DNA of 64,000 bases from Podospora anserina (taxonomy: Eukaryota): NCBI GenBank assembly GCA_017654855.1, contig CM030334.1:1426001-1490000 (forward strand), written 5' to 3'. Position 1 is the first letter of the stretch. Every line of letters starts with the position of its first letter. The notes beneath the pieces are model-generated. The model was given only the letters and a program-made list of their open reading frames with translations. It did no database searches and was not told the origin of the DNA. Made by a program: the position numbers and the translations under genes. Positions 1 through 11,868 of the stretch are shown here, one piece after another.

Positions 1-274
1 ACTCCACGCCGAGATGGGACAGGTTACTTTATATCAGGTTGATCGAGGTATCATGTCAATGGTTTGATCATATTCTTTGCGCCGCGGGATTGTGGCATCT
101 GGACTTGTTGGTGGGTTGGACCGCAGATGCTGATGCTATCAAGAGCCGAGAGGCATCTCTAGACGTCCAAGCCACGTAAAGTGCCGCAAAACAGGAAATA
201 CGCACACAACAAACTCTCAGAACCCCTTTCCTTCCATCACATCCCTCTTCCCAGCTCTCGTGTAAGATATCCCC

Positions 275-1195
275 TCACGGCCACAACTCAACAACCTCCC
301 ACTCCCCCTCCACCTTCCCCCCAGCATACTTCGCCCCTTCTCTCTCCCCCTCCTTCCCCCGATGAGTATACAACCACCTCCTCGGCCTCACATCCTCCCT
401 CAAATCAACCCTATCAACCTCCTCCGGCACAACCACCACAACCCTAAAATTCCCCCTCGCCTCCTCATCCCTCAAATCATCCACCCTCTCCCCCAACCTC
501 TTCCCCTGATGATAATCCACCTCCGCCCCCGGCTCCGGACCCTTAAAACTCCCCCTCATAACCGGGCTCAAATTCCCAAAATGCCCCTCCACCTCCCTCT
601 CCCAGCTCCAATCATCGTCCCCTTCCCATTCCTTGACCCTCCTCATCCTCTCCCCCACCACCTCCCTAACCTTCCTCTCCCCCTCCCCCTCCCCATCAAT
701 CCCCGGCCCTAGAACCCACGCCTTCCCTCTCACCCTCCACTGAGTCTTTGTCTCATCAACCCAAAACACTGCCTCCACTGGCCCCCCCCCACCGCTTGGG
801 CCGCCAGACACAGTCTGCGAATCGGGCCCGGCGGTGTCAAGAATGTCAGACGTCTTTGACATGCGCGCGTCAGTGGTGAAAGTCAAGAGGTCAGAGCTGA
901 AGAGGGGCGGGTTCAGAACGGCGGGGTTGCGCTCGTTGGGGGGGAGGGTACCCCAGAAGCCGCGGAAGACGCAGGTGCGCGCGCGGGGGAGGACAGTGAT
1001 GGAGGTGTGGGAGGGGACTGGGTGGAGGGTTGCGAGGGTGAAGATTGGGGGCCTCAAATGGGTTAGGTGGTGGGAGAAGGGCTCGCGCCAGGGGGCGGGG
1101 CCGGCGGATGATGACATTTTACCAGTGGCGAGGTGAGGGTTGCTTGAAAGATGGGTTGATATTGTTGATAGGCGGCCGAAGAAGGGGGTGGACAT
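275..1195 (-). CDS. Pyridoxamine 5'-phosphate oxidase-like FMN-binding protein (Pyridox_oxase_2/Alr4036-like)
   Basis: 306 aa ORF with family motifs TLAT...PRARTCVFRGF, FTTDARMSK, VEAVFW..TQWRVRG and NFRVVVVVPEEVDRVDL; second in-frame ATG at 1117. Confidence 0.85.
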   Translation of the reverse strand: MSTPFFGRLSTISTHLSSNPHLATGKMSSSAGPAPWREPFSHHLTHLRPPIFTLATLHPVPSHTSITVLPRARTCVFRGFWGTLPPNERNPAVLNPPLFSSDLLTFTTDARMSKTSDILDTAGPDSQTVSGGPSGGGGPVEAVFWVDETKTQWRVRGKAWVLGPGIDGEGEGERKVREVVGERMRRVKEWEGDDDWSWEREVEGHFGNLSPVMRGSFKGPEPGAEVDYHQGKRLGERVDDLRDEEARGNFRVVVVVPEEVDRVDLREDVRPRRWLYTHRGKEGEREGAKYAGGKVEGEWEVVELWP

Positions 1196-1768
1196 TTGTT
1201 GCTTTGCAAGAATGTCGATCGTGTCTGTTGAGAAGGGGAACTGTTAGGGTGGAGGTGAGCTAGGAAAGGTGAGATCTCAAAAGAGGGATGACTTCATCGT
1301 GGTGCGGGGCATTGAGGTAGGTCTTTGCTGCTGTCATCCAAATCTACCTCTCTGCCTACCAAACGGTGCGGGGTTGAGTGCATTTAGCTCAAACACCATC
1401 TCCTCTGCGGGCCGCGCCGGCGGCCGCGAGACACTTTATTTTCCTGGGACGTCTTGTGCCATATGTACAGTTATGTAGGTGTGCAGACGCAGGGTTCACG
1501 GGACAGCTGTGGTAAGAATGTAAGGGTTCAATTGTACATGATATGTCTCTTCTTGCAAGCAGAGTGACAATCTGTTTACTAATTGCTGTCAAGATATCCA
1601 CAACTGGCCATTTCAAGTCAGCAGGTAGGAAACGTCAAACATGTAAACAAAAATACAACCGTCAATGATTCGAAAACAGGCTCACCATCTGCAAGAGCAA
1701 CAGGAGCCGCCCTGACTAGAGGTTGAGACCTACCTACCATCGCCTCCTCTATATCTCTGGAAAGCTGC

Positions 1769-1819
1769 TAATAATAATAATAGTAATAATAGAAATAATA
1801 ATAATAATAATAATAATAA
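1769..1819. repeat. (TAA)n microsatellite
   Basis: Imperfect TAA tandem run read directly. Confidence 0.95.
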
Positions 1820-1836
1820 CAATTGAGTGTTTGGTT

Positions 1837-2053
<217 letters not shown>

Positions 2054-2152
2054 ATAGTATTCGATTACGGTGTCATTAGAATTTAAATTCCATTACGGAT
2101 ATCCTTAGTCTTATCTTAGTGACCACCCCAACAACCTCACCTCCCCTCAACC

Positions 2153-5100
2153 TCATCCGCCATCTCCACAAGCCATATCCCGACCATCACCACTACCCCC
2201 ATCCACCACAACCTCCCCTCTCCCCTTGTTGAGCTCCCCCCTCCTCTTAAGCCTCACCGGCTCAGCCCTCACCACCGTCTCAATCCCCGCCACCACCCCC
2301 TCCTCCGGCCCCATCGGCAGTCCTTCGACATCTACCTCCTCCCCCAACAAACACTTCAGCACAACCCCACACCCAACCTTGCTCACAACCTCGTTCCCTT
2401 CCTTACAATACTCACTAGCCACACACTCCGGACACCCCTGCACCCGTGTACACTCGCACCTCTCCACCCTCTGCAACGCCTGCCGAACCAACATCTCGAC
2501 ATGTTCAAAAGCCTTTGTATTGATCCCCGACCCTCCCTCCCCGCCCTTGGCATCATAAAACGTCAGCCTCGCCGGCCTCTTCCGTTTGGTCTCCCGCTTG
2601 GAGACGAGCTCCTTCAACGGGTTCTTGCACTCGGTACGGACGTCGCCCGGAAGGGATACGACAAAGTTCGGTATCAGGGACATCAAAGCGTGCTGAGCAG
2701 CATGGATAGCTCCCGCAACGTGCAGCTGTCGCGATGTCAAGATGGAGAGAGCGAGGGGCGGGATATCGATCCACATTCCCTTTGTGAACCTCACCACAGG
2801 CGGGTTATCAACCGCAACAGCGTCCAGTATCTTGTTCGTCTTGGAGTCGACTTTGAAGAAGCCAAACACTGTCTGAGTGATGCGGATGGAGCCGTAGAAT
2901 GCCTGAGCAGCGGGGGAGAGGGGCTTGAGGGCTTCGGTCTCGATGGGGTCGATGTCGGTGTAGTCCCTCTGTTTGGTTGTCCAAGAGACCTTTACCCTCT
3001 CCACGCGGGCGATTTTGGTGGAGGGGTTGAAGTCCCGGACTAGGTACGTCAGGCCTTGATGGAGGAAGATGGCGCCGTCATACAAGGTAAAGGTCGCCCG
3101 GGAGGCTTCGAGTTCTTCGAGGACGATGTTGCGGTTGTGGGTTGTGTCCACGATGGCAAAGTGGTCTTCTTCTGTGTCGCGGATGGAGACGAACTTGGAG
3201 GGTTGGGGGCGGAAGCGGTCGGCGGTGTGGTAGAAATTGGTCAGGGGGTCGTGGAGGAGGCGAGTGCTGCATATTTCGGCGAGGTCAGGACCAAAGTAGA
3301 CCGAGTCGACGTCGGGACGGATTGGGAGCTCGTAGGCGGCGCATTGGATGTGGCCTTCTTTGACAAGCATGTTGTCCAGGTCCACTTGGAGGGCCGCGTT
3401 GGGTTTGGTGAAGAGCTCATCTGGGTTGTTCATGTAGTGCTGGTCTGTTGCGAAGCTGTCGCCCACTAGGATGGAGAGGGAGTCCTTGTTTCTTCTGCCT
3501 GCTCGCCCGCTCTGCTGTCGGAGGTTGGATATCGTGTATGGGAAGCTCCAGGTGATGACGCAGTCTAGGGTGCCGATATCTACTCCTAGTTCCAATGCCG
3601 TGGTCGCTACAATCCCAAGCAGTTTCCCCTCAAACATCTCACTCTCAATCTTCCTCCTGTCCTGAGCCGTATAGCCACCCCTATACCCCATCACCCGGTT
3701 TGCAACCTCCCCCCTCCCAAGCCGTTCCAACTCCTGCCTCACCGTCCCAATCAACACCTCACACTGCGCCCTCACCCGACAAAAGGCAATAACCCTCACC
3801 CCCCTCAAAATCATCTGGCAAAACAACTTTGCGCACTCCAACGCCGCATTCCCCCTCCCGCTCGCCGGATCCCCAGGGTCCTTGTACGGCGTATTCCAAC
3901 ATAAAAACTCCTTCCTCCCACTCGGACTCCCATCCTGCTCCACCACCCTAACCTTGCCCTCCCCAATCCCAAATATCGTCCCAAAATGCCCCCCCGGATT
4001 AGCCACAGTAGCCGAACAGCTCACAAACCTCAGCTCATGCCTGTTCCCCAAAGCAGCACATATCCTCCTCAACCTCCTCATAACATACGCCACATGACTC
4101 CCCATCAGCCCATTGTACACATGCAGCTCATCCACAACCACAAACCTCAGATTCTGCAAAAAGCTCCTCCACTTCTCCTCCTGAGGCAAGATGGTCAGGT
4201 GCAGCATATCCGGATTCGTAAAAACAACCCTCGCCTCCTCCCGTATCCTATTCCTCATCTCAAACGGCGTATCCCCGTCAAACGTCTCCGCCATCATCCC
4301 CTGAAGGGTAGGCATGTACCCCATCAGCTCCTGCAAACTCCTCCTCTGATCCTGCGCAAGAGCCTTGGTAGGAAAAATATACATCGCCCTCGTCAACGGG
4401 TCCCTCTCCAGAGCATGCAGAACCGGCAACTGATATATCAAACTCTTTCCCGAGCTCGTCGACGTCGAAACAACAACATCGTACCCCGCGTTCAACGCAT
4501 TGATCGCCTCCGCCTGATGCGAGTAGAAACCCGTGATCCCTCTCGCGTTATACAACGCGTTCACCAAATCCTGACTCAACAAAAACTCCAGCTCCCCACA
4601 CACCCCCTCCTGCGCCTCGAAAACCCTGTGGCCGTCAGGCACAATCTGCCCGGTGTACCACCCCAACCCCTTCAACTCCTCCACAATCTCCGGTATTGGT
4701 TTCCGTCCCTTCGGTATCGTTTCCGGCAACGTCGTCTCCCTCTTCCTCTCCCGTTCAGCACTCCTCTCCGGCAAAACCCTCTCCCCCTCCACCCTCAAGA
4801 CAGGATCAACCCCCCCCTCCTCACACCCCCTCAGAAACTCCTGCACCGCCCGTTTAAACTTCTCCCCCCGCCTCTCCACGACCCCCATCAACTGCTTAGC
4901 CGTATACCGCGGCATAACCACCTCCCTCCCCCCCCCACCAACCTCCCTTGCCCTGCCCCGTCCCTTCAACCCCCCGTCAACAAACTCAAAAACCAACACC
5001 TCCCCCCCACGCTCATCCCCCTCTGCCAAATCCTCCCCAGGTAAGCTCGCAACCCCGGACGACGACCGGAACAGATCCTCCTTTTCAAACCCCCGAGCCT

Positions 5101-5557
5101 CTAGCAAGAGTGAAGTGTAATCTACATACTCAAACCTGATGCTCCCAGGCGTTACCACCTTCAAAGAGGCGATGTCTTCCACGGATGGGACGAGCCCTTT
5201 TGCCGCCAGGGCCTTTGACAGATTGGCCAACGTCGGGGGGAGGTGCTGGCTGTGGGTGGAGAGGAAGGTCGACACGAGGCTGAGGGCGGAGTGAAGCTTG
5301 GCGAGGTGTTGGAAGTAGGAGGGGAGGGGTCTGTCGGCCTCTTCTGGGGGCGATGACCGTTTTGATTTGAGTTGGCGTTTTCGTTTTGGTGGTGGTGGTG
5401 GTTTGGTGTCATTAAGGTCTGATCCTGGTGGTGGTGATGATGATGGTGATGATGATGGTGATGGAGTCGCTTCTTCAGCAACAGCTTTTGGAGGCCGGCC
5501 TCGTTTCCTTTTCAGAGCCCCGCTGCTCTGGGGGTTATCCCCGTCTCCTGATGGCAT
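2153..5557 (-). CDS. HRQ1: RecQ4-like DEAD/DEAH helicase Hrq1 with C-terminal Zn-binding domain
   Basis: 1134 aa intronless ORF; TSTSSGKS, FPTKALAQDQ, DELH, SAT, QSGRAGRR; C-terminal CEC..GCPECV..C; N-terminal AT-hook-like KRGRPPK. Confidence 0.93.
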   Translation of the reverse strand: MPSGDGDNPQSSGALKRKRGRPPKAVAEEATPSPSSSPSSSPPPGSDLNDTKPPPPPKRKRQLKSKRSSPPEEADRPLPSYFQHLAKLHSALSLVSTFLSTHSQHLPPTLANLSKALAAKGLVPSVEDIASLKVVTPGSIRFEYVDYTSLLLEARGFEKEDLFRSSSGVASLPGEDLAEGDERGGEVLVFEFVDGGLKGRGRAREVGGGGREVVMPRYTAKQLMGVVERRGEKFKRAVQEFLRGCEEGGVDPVLRVEGERVLPERSAERERKRETTLPETIPKGRKPIPEIVEELKGLGWYTGQIVPDGHRVFEAQEGVCGELEFLLSQDLVNALYNARGITGFYSHQAEAINALNAGYDVVVSTSTSSGKSLIYQLPVLHALERDPLTRAMYIFPTKALAQDQRRSLQELMGYMPTLQGMMAETFDGDTPFEMRNRIREEARVVFTNPDMLHLTILPQEEKWRSFLQNLRFVVVDELHVYNGLMGSHVAYVMRRLRRICAALGNRHELRFVSCSATVANPGGHFGTIFGIGEGKVRVVEQDGSPSGRKEFLCWNTPYKDPGDPASGRGNAALECAKLFCQMILRGVRVIAFCRVRAQCEVLIGTVRQELERLGRGEVANRVMGYRGGYTAQDRRKIESEMFEGKLLGIVATTALELGVDIGTLDCVITWSFPYTISNLRQQSGRAGRRNKDSLSILVGDSFATDQHYMNNPDELFTKPNAALQVDLDNMLVKEGHIQCAAYELPIRPDVDSVYFGPDLAEICSTRLLHDPLTNFYHTADRFRPQPSKFVSIRDTEEDHFAIVDTTHNRNIVLEELEASRATFTLYDGAIFLHQGLTYLVRDFNPSTKIARVERVKVSWTTKQRDYTDIDPIETEALKPLSPAAQAFYGSIRITQTVFGFFKVDSKTNKILDAVAVDNPPVVRFTKGMWIDIPPLALSILTSRQLHVAGAIHAAQHALMSLIPNFVVSLPGDVRTECKNPLKELVSKRETKRKRPARLTFYDAKGGEGGSGINTKAFEHVEMLVRQALQRVERCECTRVQGCPECVASEYCKEGNEVVSKVGCGVVLKCLLGEEVDVEGLPMGPEEGVVAGIETVVRAEPVRLKRRGELNKGRGEVVVDGGSGDGRDMACGDGG

Positions 5558-6251
5558 TATGCGAACTTCAATTTGATGTTGGTTGTGAGACTGAACCCAA
5601 ACCTCTCAGATCTCAGATCTCTCAATCAAAGAAACGTCGTCGCGCTCCCAAGTGGCAAAAGGTGTGTGTCACTAACAAAGGCCCCCCAAGCGCGAAAGAG
5701 ACAGGAGAGCACGTGCTGTTTTCCCCTTAGCAACCCCACTAATTATCGACTTCCCAAACCCCCCTAGAGACCGTCACCATAGCAATCAATCCCACTCAAA
5801 GAGGACACCACAAATATATTCACTACCCCATCTAACTAGTTTTCCCCATTCCAACCATCTTGACAAAACAATAAACAAACACCTCCCACCAAACCCAGGA
5901 AGCCGCTGACTTTCCAGTTCCCATTCGATAGAGAGAGAACTCGACACAAATCCAACCCGGCATTATCCGCCAAGTATCAATCACACACAACCTAAACAAA
6001 CAAAAGTCCGCCGTCTTATTTCCCCCCTTGCCAAAGAACCCCCAGAAATGCATCCTCATTGTAAAACAACCCCTTGAAAATGCCCAATCGTGAGCCGCTG
6101 AATAAAATTTAAAAAACGTGGACGAAACAAAAAAAAGGGGGAAAAGTACGTCAAAGTTGTCGTTGTTGCATTTGCAAAGTCGCATGCCTGCCTGCCTGGT
6201 TGTTCAGATCAAATTACACAACCTAGATTGAAAAGAACATCTCAAACCCTT

Positions 6252-8122
6252 TCAGACGTCTGCAAGGCCCTTCTTTAGCATTTCCACCAGGTCCGAGAAC
6301 AGATCCGCGTTGGCGTTACTGAGCTGAAGTAGATTGTCAGTATGAGCTGGTTGATCATAAACATCAAACAAAAACTAACCTTCATCTGTACCAACTGCGC
6401 CTCTCCATTCTCAAATGCCGTGAACAACACCGTCGCCGCCTTGAGCTTCTTCTCAATCTTGAACTGCATCGCTGGCAGCACAATCGTGTTGAGAATGACC
6501 CTCAGGGTGTGGTCCTGGCGCATGATCAAGCGTACGTTCTTAGGTCCGCTGTAGTCTTTGTCTTCCAACACCGAGGCGTCAAAGCTGGTCGCGTCTGGGG
6601 AGCCGTCGTTTTCAAACTCGACCGTCGCTCTTGGCACATTGACCTTGAGCATGCCGGCACCTCTCTCTTTCCACCCAACTCCCTTTTCCATAACATACAT
6701 CTTGGCGCGTTGGGAGAAGAGTGTGACCTCTGAGCTCTCGCCATCGTCGACCACGACTGTGTAGGTAGTGTTACCAGAAGAATTCATGATAAATGGCCGT
6801 GAAAATGACTCACTCTTATGTAGCTTCAACCTCTTCCTCTCACTCTCTTCCTTCTCATCATCCTTGTTCTCCTCCTCCCCATCAGCAACAGCACCCTCCC
6901 CATTCTCCTCCTCGCCGTCCTCGTCCTTCTCGCTCTCCTCCGCGTTACTTTCTGGCGCACCAAAAGGCTTGGCCGGCTTGCCACTCTTAAGGGCCTCACC
7001 AGGCTTGCCAAAGTTGGTCAACCGAGCACCGCCACCAGACAAAGCGCTAGCACCACCAAAGGCACTTCCAAAAGGACTCGACTTGAACACCGACCCCCCG
7101 CCAGTCTGTCCGTTAAGCGCCGACGCAAAAGGTGACGCCGTCGAGGTCGAGCTAAAGTTCAATTTGGCCGGAGCAGCGGGTGTAGATCCACCAAGAACGC
7201 TCCCGAAAGACGCAGCCGTCCCAGCCGATCCAAACACACTCGGCTTCCCAGCACCAGCAGACGCAAATGGCGAGGCTCCTGACGCAGCCGCAAACGGCGA
7301 AGCAGACGATGCTCCCAGCTTGGCAAATCCTGACGAGGCAAAAGCAGACGTCGAGGTAGTTTGCGGCTTATCGATCGGTGAACGCACGGTAGCCGTGTTG
7401 GCAGGTCGGCTCTTAGCCAGCTCCTCCATGCTCGATCGTGGGGAGGCACTCGCCGACAACGGCTCCTAGATCAAAACAAATCTTGTGTTACCATCGGGTG
7501 TTGCCATAGATTGAGTCGAATGGAGGGGTAAAAGGGGGTGCAGATTGTGAGTGACATCGGACCTCGGAGAGACAGCCCCAGGGGGGGAGAAAACGAGAAA
7601 CAAGAAATAAATAAATAAATAATAAAAAAAACCTACCACTTCTTCCTGTCCGCTCTTGACAGCAGACGCGCTGGCCTGGCGATCCCGTGGTCTCTTCTTC
7701 TCGGGCTCGGATCGGTTTGTACGGTTGAGCGTCACAGCTGTGTTGTTCTTGCTGTCGTTCGCGGCAGACCCTTCCCCTTCCAAAGGAGCCTCGGCCACAT
7801 CCTTGTTCTCGTCCAACTCGGCATGCGCTCGCTTCTTCTTGGGGGACGAGATCTGCTCGGCCAGTGTTTCGTCGCTTGGGACACCAAGGGCCACTGGCGG
7901 CGTGACCTTGCGAGCGCCGGCAGTAGTCGTCTTATCTTTGGGCGCATCATCATCGTCAGAGGCGCTCTTGTCGTCTTGAGAGGTCGATAGCTGCCCCGCC
8001 TTTTCAGAAATGGACGTCTGCTTCAGCTCTCTTCTCGTCGCCGTGGTCTCGGCATCTTCCTTAGCAGCGCCTGCCTCGACTTGGTCCGAGATGTCGCTCG
8101 TGTTGTGCGGGTCGTCGGCCAT
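6252..8122 (-). CDS. RanBP1-domain, FG-repeat-containing nucleoporin-like protein (Nup2/Yrb2/Nup56-like), multi-exon
   Basis: ATG 8122 (MADDPH); SPF/FG repeats; Ran-binding domain (LFSQRAKMY..WKERGAGMLKVN..RLIMRQDHTLRVILN); introns at ~7467-7635, 6757-6813 and ~6325-6379; TGA at 6252. Confidence 0.85.
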
Positions 8123-8925
8123 GATGTCAGTGGGCCGTTGGCAGTTGTATCGTTTCGGTCTACTATCTCGGGGTGCTCGGAAGCGGTGGGCAATCGGGAG
8201 AGGTACAGGTAGTAGGTGGACTTTTTCAAAAGTCGGCCGCTCGGCTGAGAGATAATGTTCCAAGACACTGCAGGATACCTTATGGGTAGGTAATTCTGTC
8301 GGTAAGATGGCGCGCACTAGTGGTACCTGGTAGAACAGACAGTAGACAAATGTCGTAAGTGACGAGAGAAAAAGGTGCTATGGAAAAAGGCAATATCGGA
8401 ATTTTGATTTAGGTCTGGACTGGATATTGCGGAGTTGTAGCACACGTTAATGCCTGTTGTTGCGCTTGGGTCTTGGGAGCGAGGGGGGGTCTCGGGAGCA
8501 TGTCGCACCCTCTGGAGCCAGGCGTTGGGGCGATTGGTTCAGAGGAACCCACCCGCTAAAATGAGCAGCCCTTCATGTACCCAGGTACCGGTTTGGCTCA
8601 TCCAACAGTGCTCGCCAGTGGGGTTTGGGTGCCAACGACAGTGACAAAACACAGCCAATCACCACCGGACGCATGTTCGCCATTTCATTACTTGGGACGC
8701 ATGGCCCTGTATCATCATCCTCTTTCTTTGTGCGTTGTCCCAATGAGGAAAAAGGTAAATATCATATCAATGCGGTCTGCCTCACTACAATAGAATCAAC
8801 TCATTACGCAGTATATATATACCCTATCATGAAACATGTCCCTATCCGCTGCTTGGTATTAGTTCCGTCCCTTCATCCAAGAAAACGCCATATATATAAA
8901 GGAACCCAGCTTCTGTCTTGGTCAA

Positions 8926-10260
8926 TCATATCTGCCGCCGCCTTTGCTCAACGCTGGCAACAAGATCCTCCACCAACCCAAAGGCATCCCTAAAGGCGGC
9001 CAACTCTTGCGACATACTCACACCCTCCAGGCTGTCAACCTCTGACGGACTCCGGGTCCCTGCAAGAGTGTCACTCTCACTTAAACTAGGAGCATATCTC
9101 TGCCTAGCAGCGAGATCTTGATCTCTTAGCTGCCGTTCCCTGTCTTCCTGACCAGCAGTGGGCCTCGGGACAGTGTAGATCCCATCTGCGACCATGCCTT
9201 CGCTCTCGCTTTCGTACCCAGGCTCCGGAACCCAAGTCTGCACCCTCCTTTCAGCCTCCTCCTGTTGTTGATAATGCGGTCGCGGGATATCATACACAGT
9301 GGTTCCAGTCACACCATCCTCGCTCCCACTATCACTCCCAATCTCAAACCTCGGCTCTTCCCACGGAGGAACAGCCTCCTCATTACTCTCCCCATCCGCA
9401 TGCTCCCCAAACCCGGCCAACTTTTCCCTCTCCTCAACATTCTCCTCCCCTCCCCTCCACCTCCACCCACAGCACCCCCGTCGTCGTCCACCCAACCTCT
9501 CCCCATCCCCTACCCCCTTCCCATCCCTCATCAACCCCCAACTTAACACCCCCAACCCTACCCCAAAAACAATAACCAACACCTCCAGCACCCCCGAATT
9601 CAAAACCTTTATCCACCCCGGCGGACGATATATTCCCTCCCTTTCCCCCCTCTCACCCCCCCCCCTCCAAGGCGGCAGAGGAAACCCCTCCCTCCCCATC
9701 CCCTCCCAGCATTTCCCCGAGCGTTTCCTCAGCCCCCCAGCAACACCACTAAAAGCCTTCCCAAAAGCACAAACAGGACTGACACACTCCACCTTTGCCC
9801 CGTCCTCCCCCTCACAAACCACACTCTTGAACCACCCCTCCCGTTGTTTAACCGTTTCCTCCAGTTCCTTTAATTGCACCTTCAGTCGCTCAAGAACGTC
9901 ATACTCCTTGTCGAGAGCATCCCTGTCGAGATACTTTAGTCGTTTGCCGTCGTCTTTCGAGGTTGTCGCCTTGACGCTGAAACTGCTGCTGGAGGTGGCA
10001 GAGGAGGTAGCAGAGGAGGCGAAATCACTCTCTGCCCCCGATCCGGAAGAATAATACTCCTCGGACGAAAGCGTTATCTGGTTCCCGTTGCTTTCGACAT
10101 CTACTTCCCATTAGCACAACGCCCCCACCAGAACAACAGATAGGTAGGTGGACATACTAGGCTCTGCCTCTGGGACAGGCACAGGCACAGGCACAGGATT
10201 GGGCGCACATATCGCCAACCCGGACGACACCGCGAGCAGGAGGAGGTGACGGGGGCGCAT
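8926..10260 (-). CDS. Hypothetical protein with signal peptide and one transmembrane segment
   Basis: ATG 10260 MRPRHLLLLAVSSGLAICAP is signal-like; probable intron ~10101-10157; open frame to 8926 containing the TM VLEVLVIVFGVGLGVLSWGLM. Confidence 0.65.
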
Positions 10261-10310
10261 TGTCTACCTCGGCCCGTTTTGCGAACTAATTATCGTGACT
10301 GGTTACCTAG

Positions 10311-10435
10311 AGGTAGGTAGGTAGGTAGGTAGGTAGGTAGGTAGGTAGGTAGGTAGGTAGGTAGGTAGGTAGGTAGGTAGGTAGGTAGGTAGGTAGGTAG
10401 GTAGGTAGGTAGGTAGGTAGGTAGGTAGGTAGGTA
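10311..10435. repeat. (TAGG)n/(CCTA)n tetranucleotide microsatellite, about 31 units
   Basis: Read directly. Confidence 0.97.
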
Positions 10436-11868
10436 TCGACGGGTGGAAGGCGCCGAGACAGAGAGAGGAGGGTATCCAAAACAAAAACAAAAAGTCCACG
10501 TAACCGCCAGCAGAGTCAAAAACCTGGCGGCGGCTGAACGTGAACAACACGCGGGGTCGGGTCGGTCGTCGGAGTGGGAGGAGAATGGCAAGGCAGCTAG
10601 GTAGGTTATCAGGCAACCACTTTTCCCTATCTCTCTCTCTCTCTCTCCCCGTCCCAACCTTCAAAAAAGGCAGCTCAGCAACACTTCGAAATGCGGTTGG
10701 TCGGCAGTGTACAGTCCAAGTCCGAGGATAGATGAACCAAACCAAACCTGTTCTCCCAAACATCCGTCGATTCACTTCAGCTTCTCGAGTCAAAGGTTTC
10801 GAAAAACCGTGTCCTCGACAACACGCCACCACGAGAAATTACAAAACAATAGCTCCCAAAAAACAAAAGACTGCTCCAGAAAAAGAGAAACATCCCAATT
10901 CTTGAATACATCGCAAAGACCATGTTGCGAACTCCCTGCTATCCCATTCAGGACAAACGACAAACCCCCCCCTCCCCCACCACCAACTTTCCCACACCCA
11001 ATCAAAACCCCTACCGCACCAACTTGCACGGTATAGATCAAAAGAGCTTACGAGGCCTCCCCCCTCCAAAAGAACCTAACCCCTCATTTCCCACCTACCT
11101 ACCTACCGTGGTGATATCACAGTAAGCTACAGCCTCGTCCGCTACTTCTTCAACTATAAGTCGTTTACCGGTCTATCTTTTCTTCCTTTTCACAATAAGA
11201 GTTAACCTGCACCTTCCACATCTACAGTCCGACTAGTACTTGTCAGGCGACCACAATCTACGCAGTATCAATCGGTTTGCACTCTTCATTCACCACCACC
11301 TACAAACTTCTACATATATACCCTACATCCCTGACTACCAACGCCTCAAAAAACCCTCCTCGCCTGCCTGCCCCATTCCCATATCTCCATGCCAATCTCC
11401 AATTGCATGTGCAGCTAGAAGTCTAACAGGTGATATGATGATATGCCATGATGTGCTGTCCCACAATGCCCCGTTGAAAGTTCGCAATAGGATGTGAATC
11501 CCCAACCCTTAGCAAAAGAGGTACAAGTACAAAGTTTGCATGCCATGATCTTATCATCACCCTCTGTCTCCCTTTCCCATCAATGAACCTTCAAGTCCCT
11601 TAGTAGTAAGTAGTCCGACAAAAAAAAAAATCCCAAACTCCCTACGCCGACCGACAGACCGACCCTAACCAATCATCAACCATAAATACCCCCCCACCCC
11701 AAAACCCAAAGACAAGGAGCATGTACTAAAAGTTGTTGTTGCTGTTCCTCCTGTTGCTGAATAAATCCTTGAGCGAGAGCTCGTCTCTCTCCACCTTGAC
11801 CCAACCGCACGATTATAAAGTCATAGTCGCCATAAACATTACTCAAGACCCCCCCTCCCTCTCCCCCC

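Noticed and set aside
5708-5717. CACGTG E-box palindromes upstream of HRQ1 and near 60239
   Set aside because: Short motifs expected by chance, with no supporting evidence
10290-10832. ORFs with PTYL repeats
   Set aside because: Translation of the (CCTA)n microsatellite
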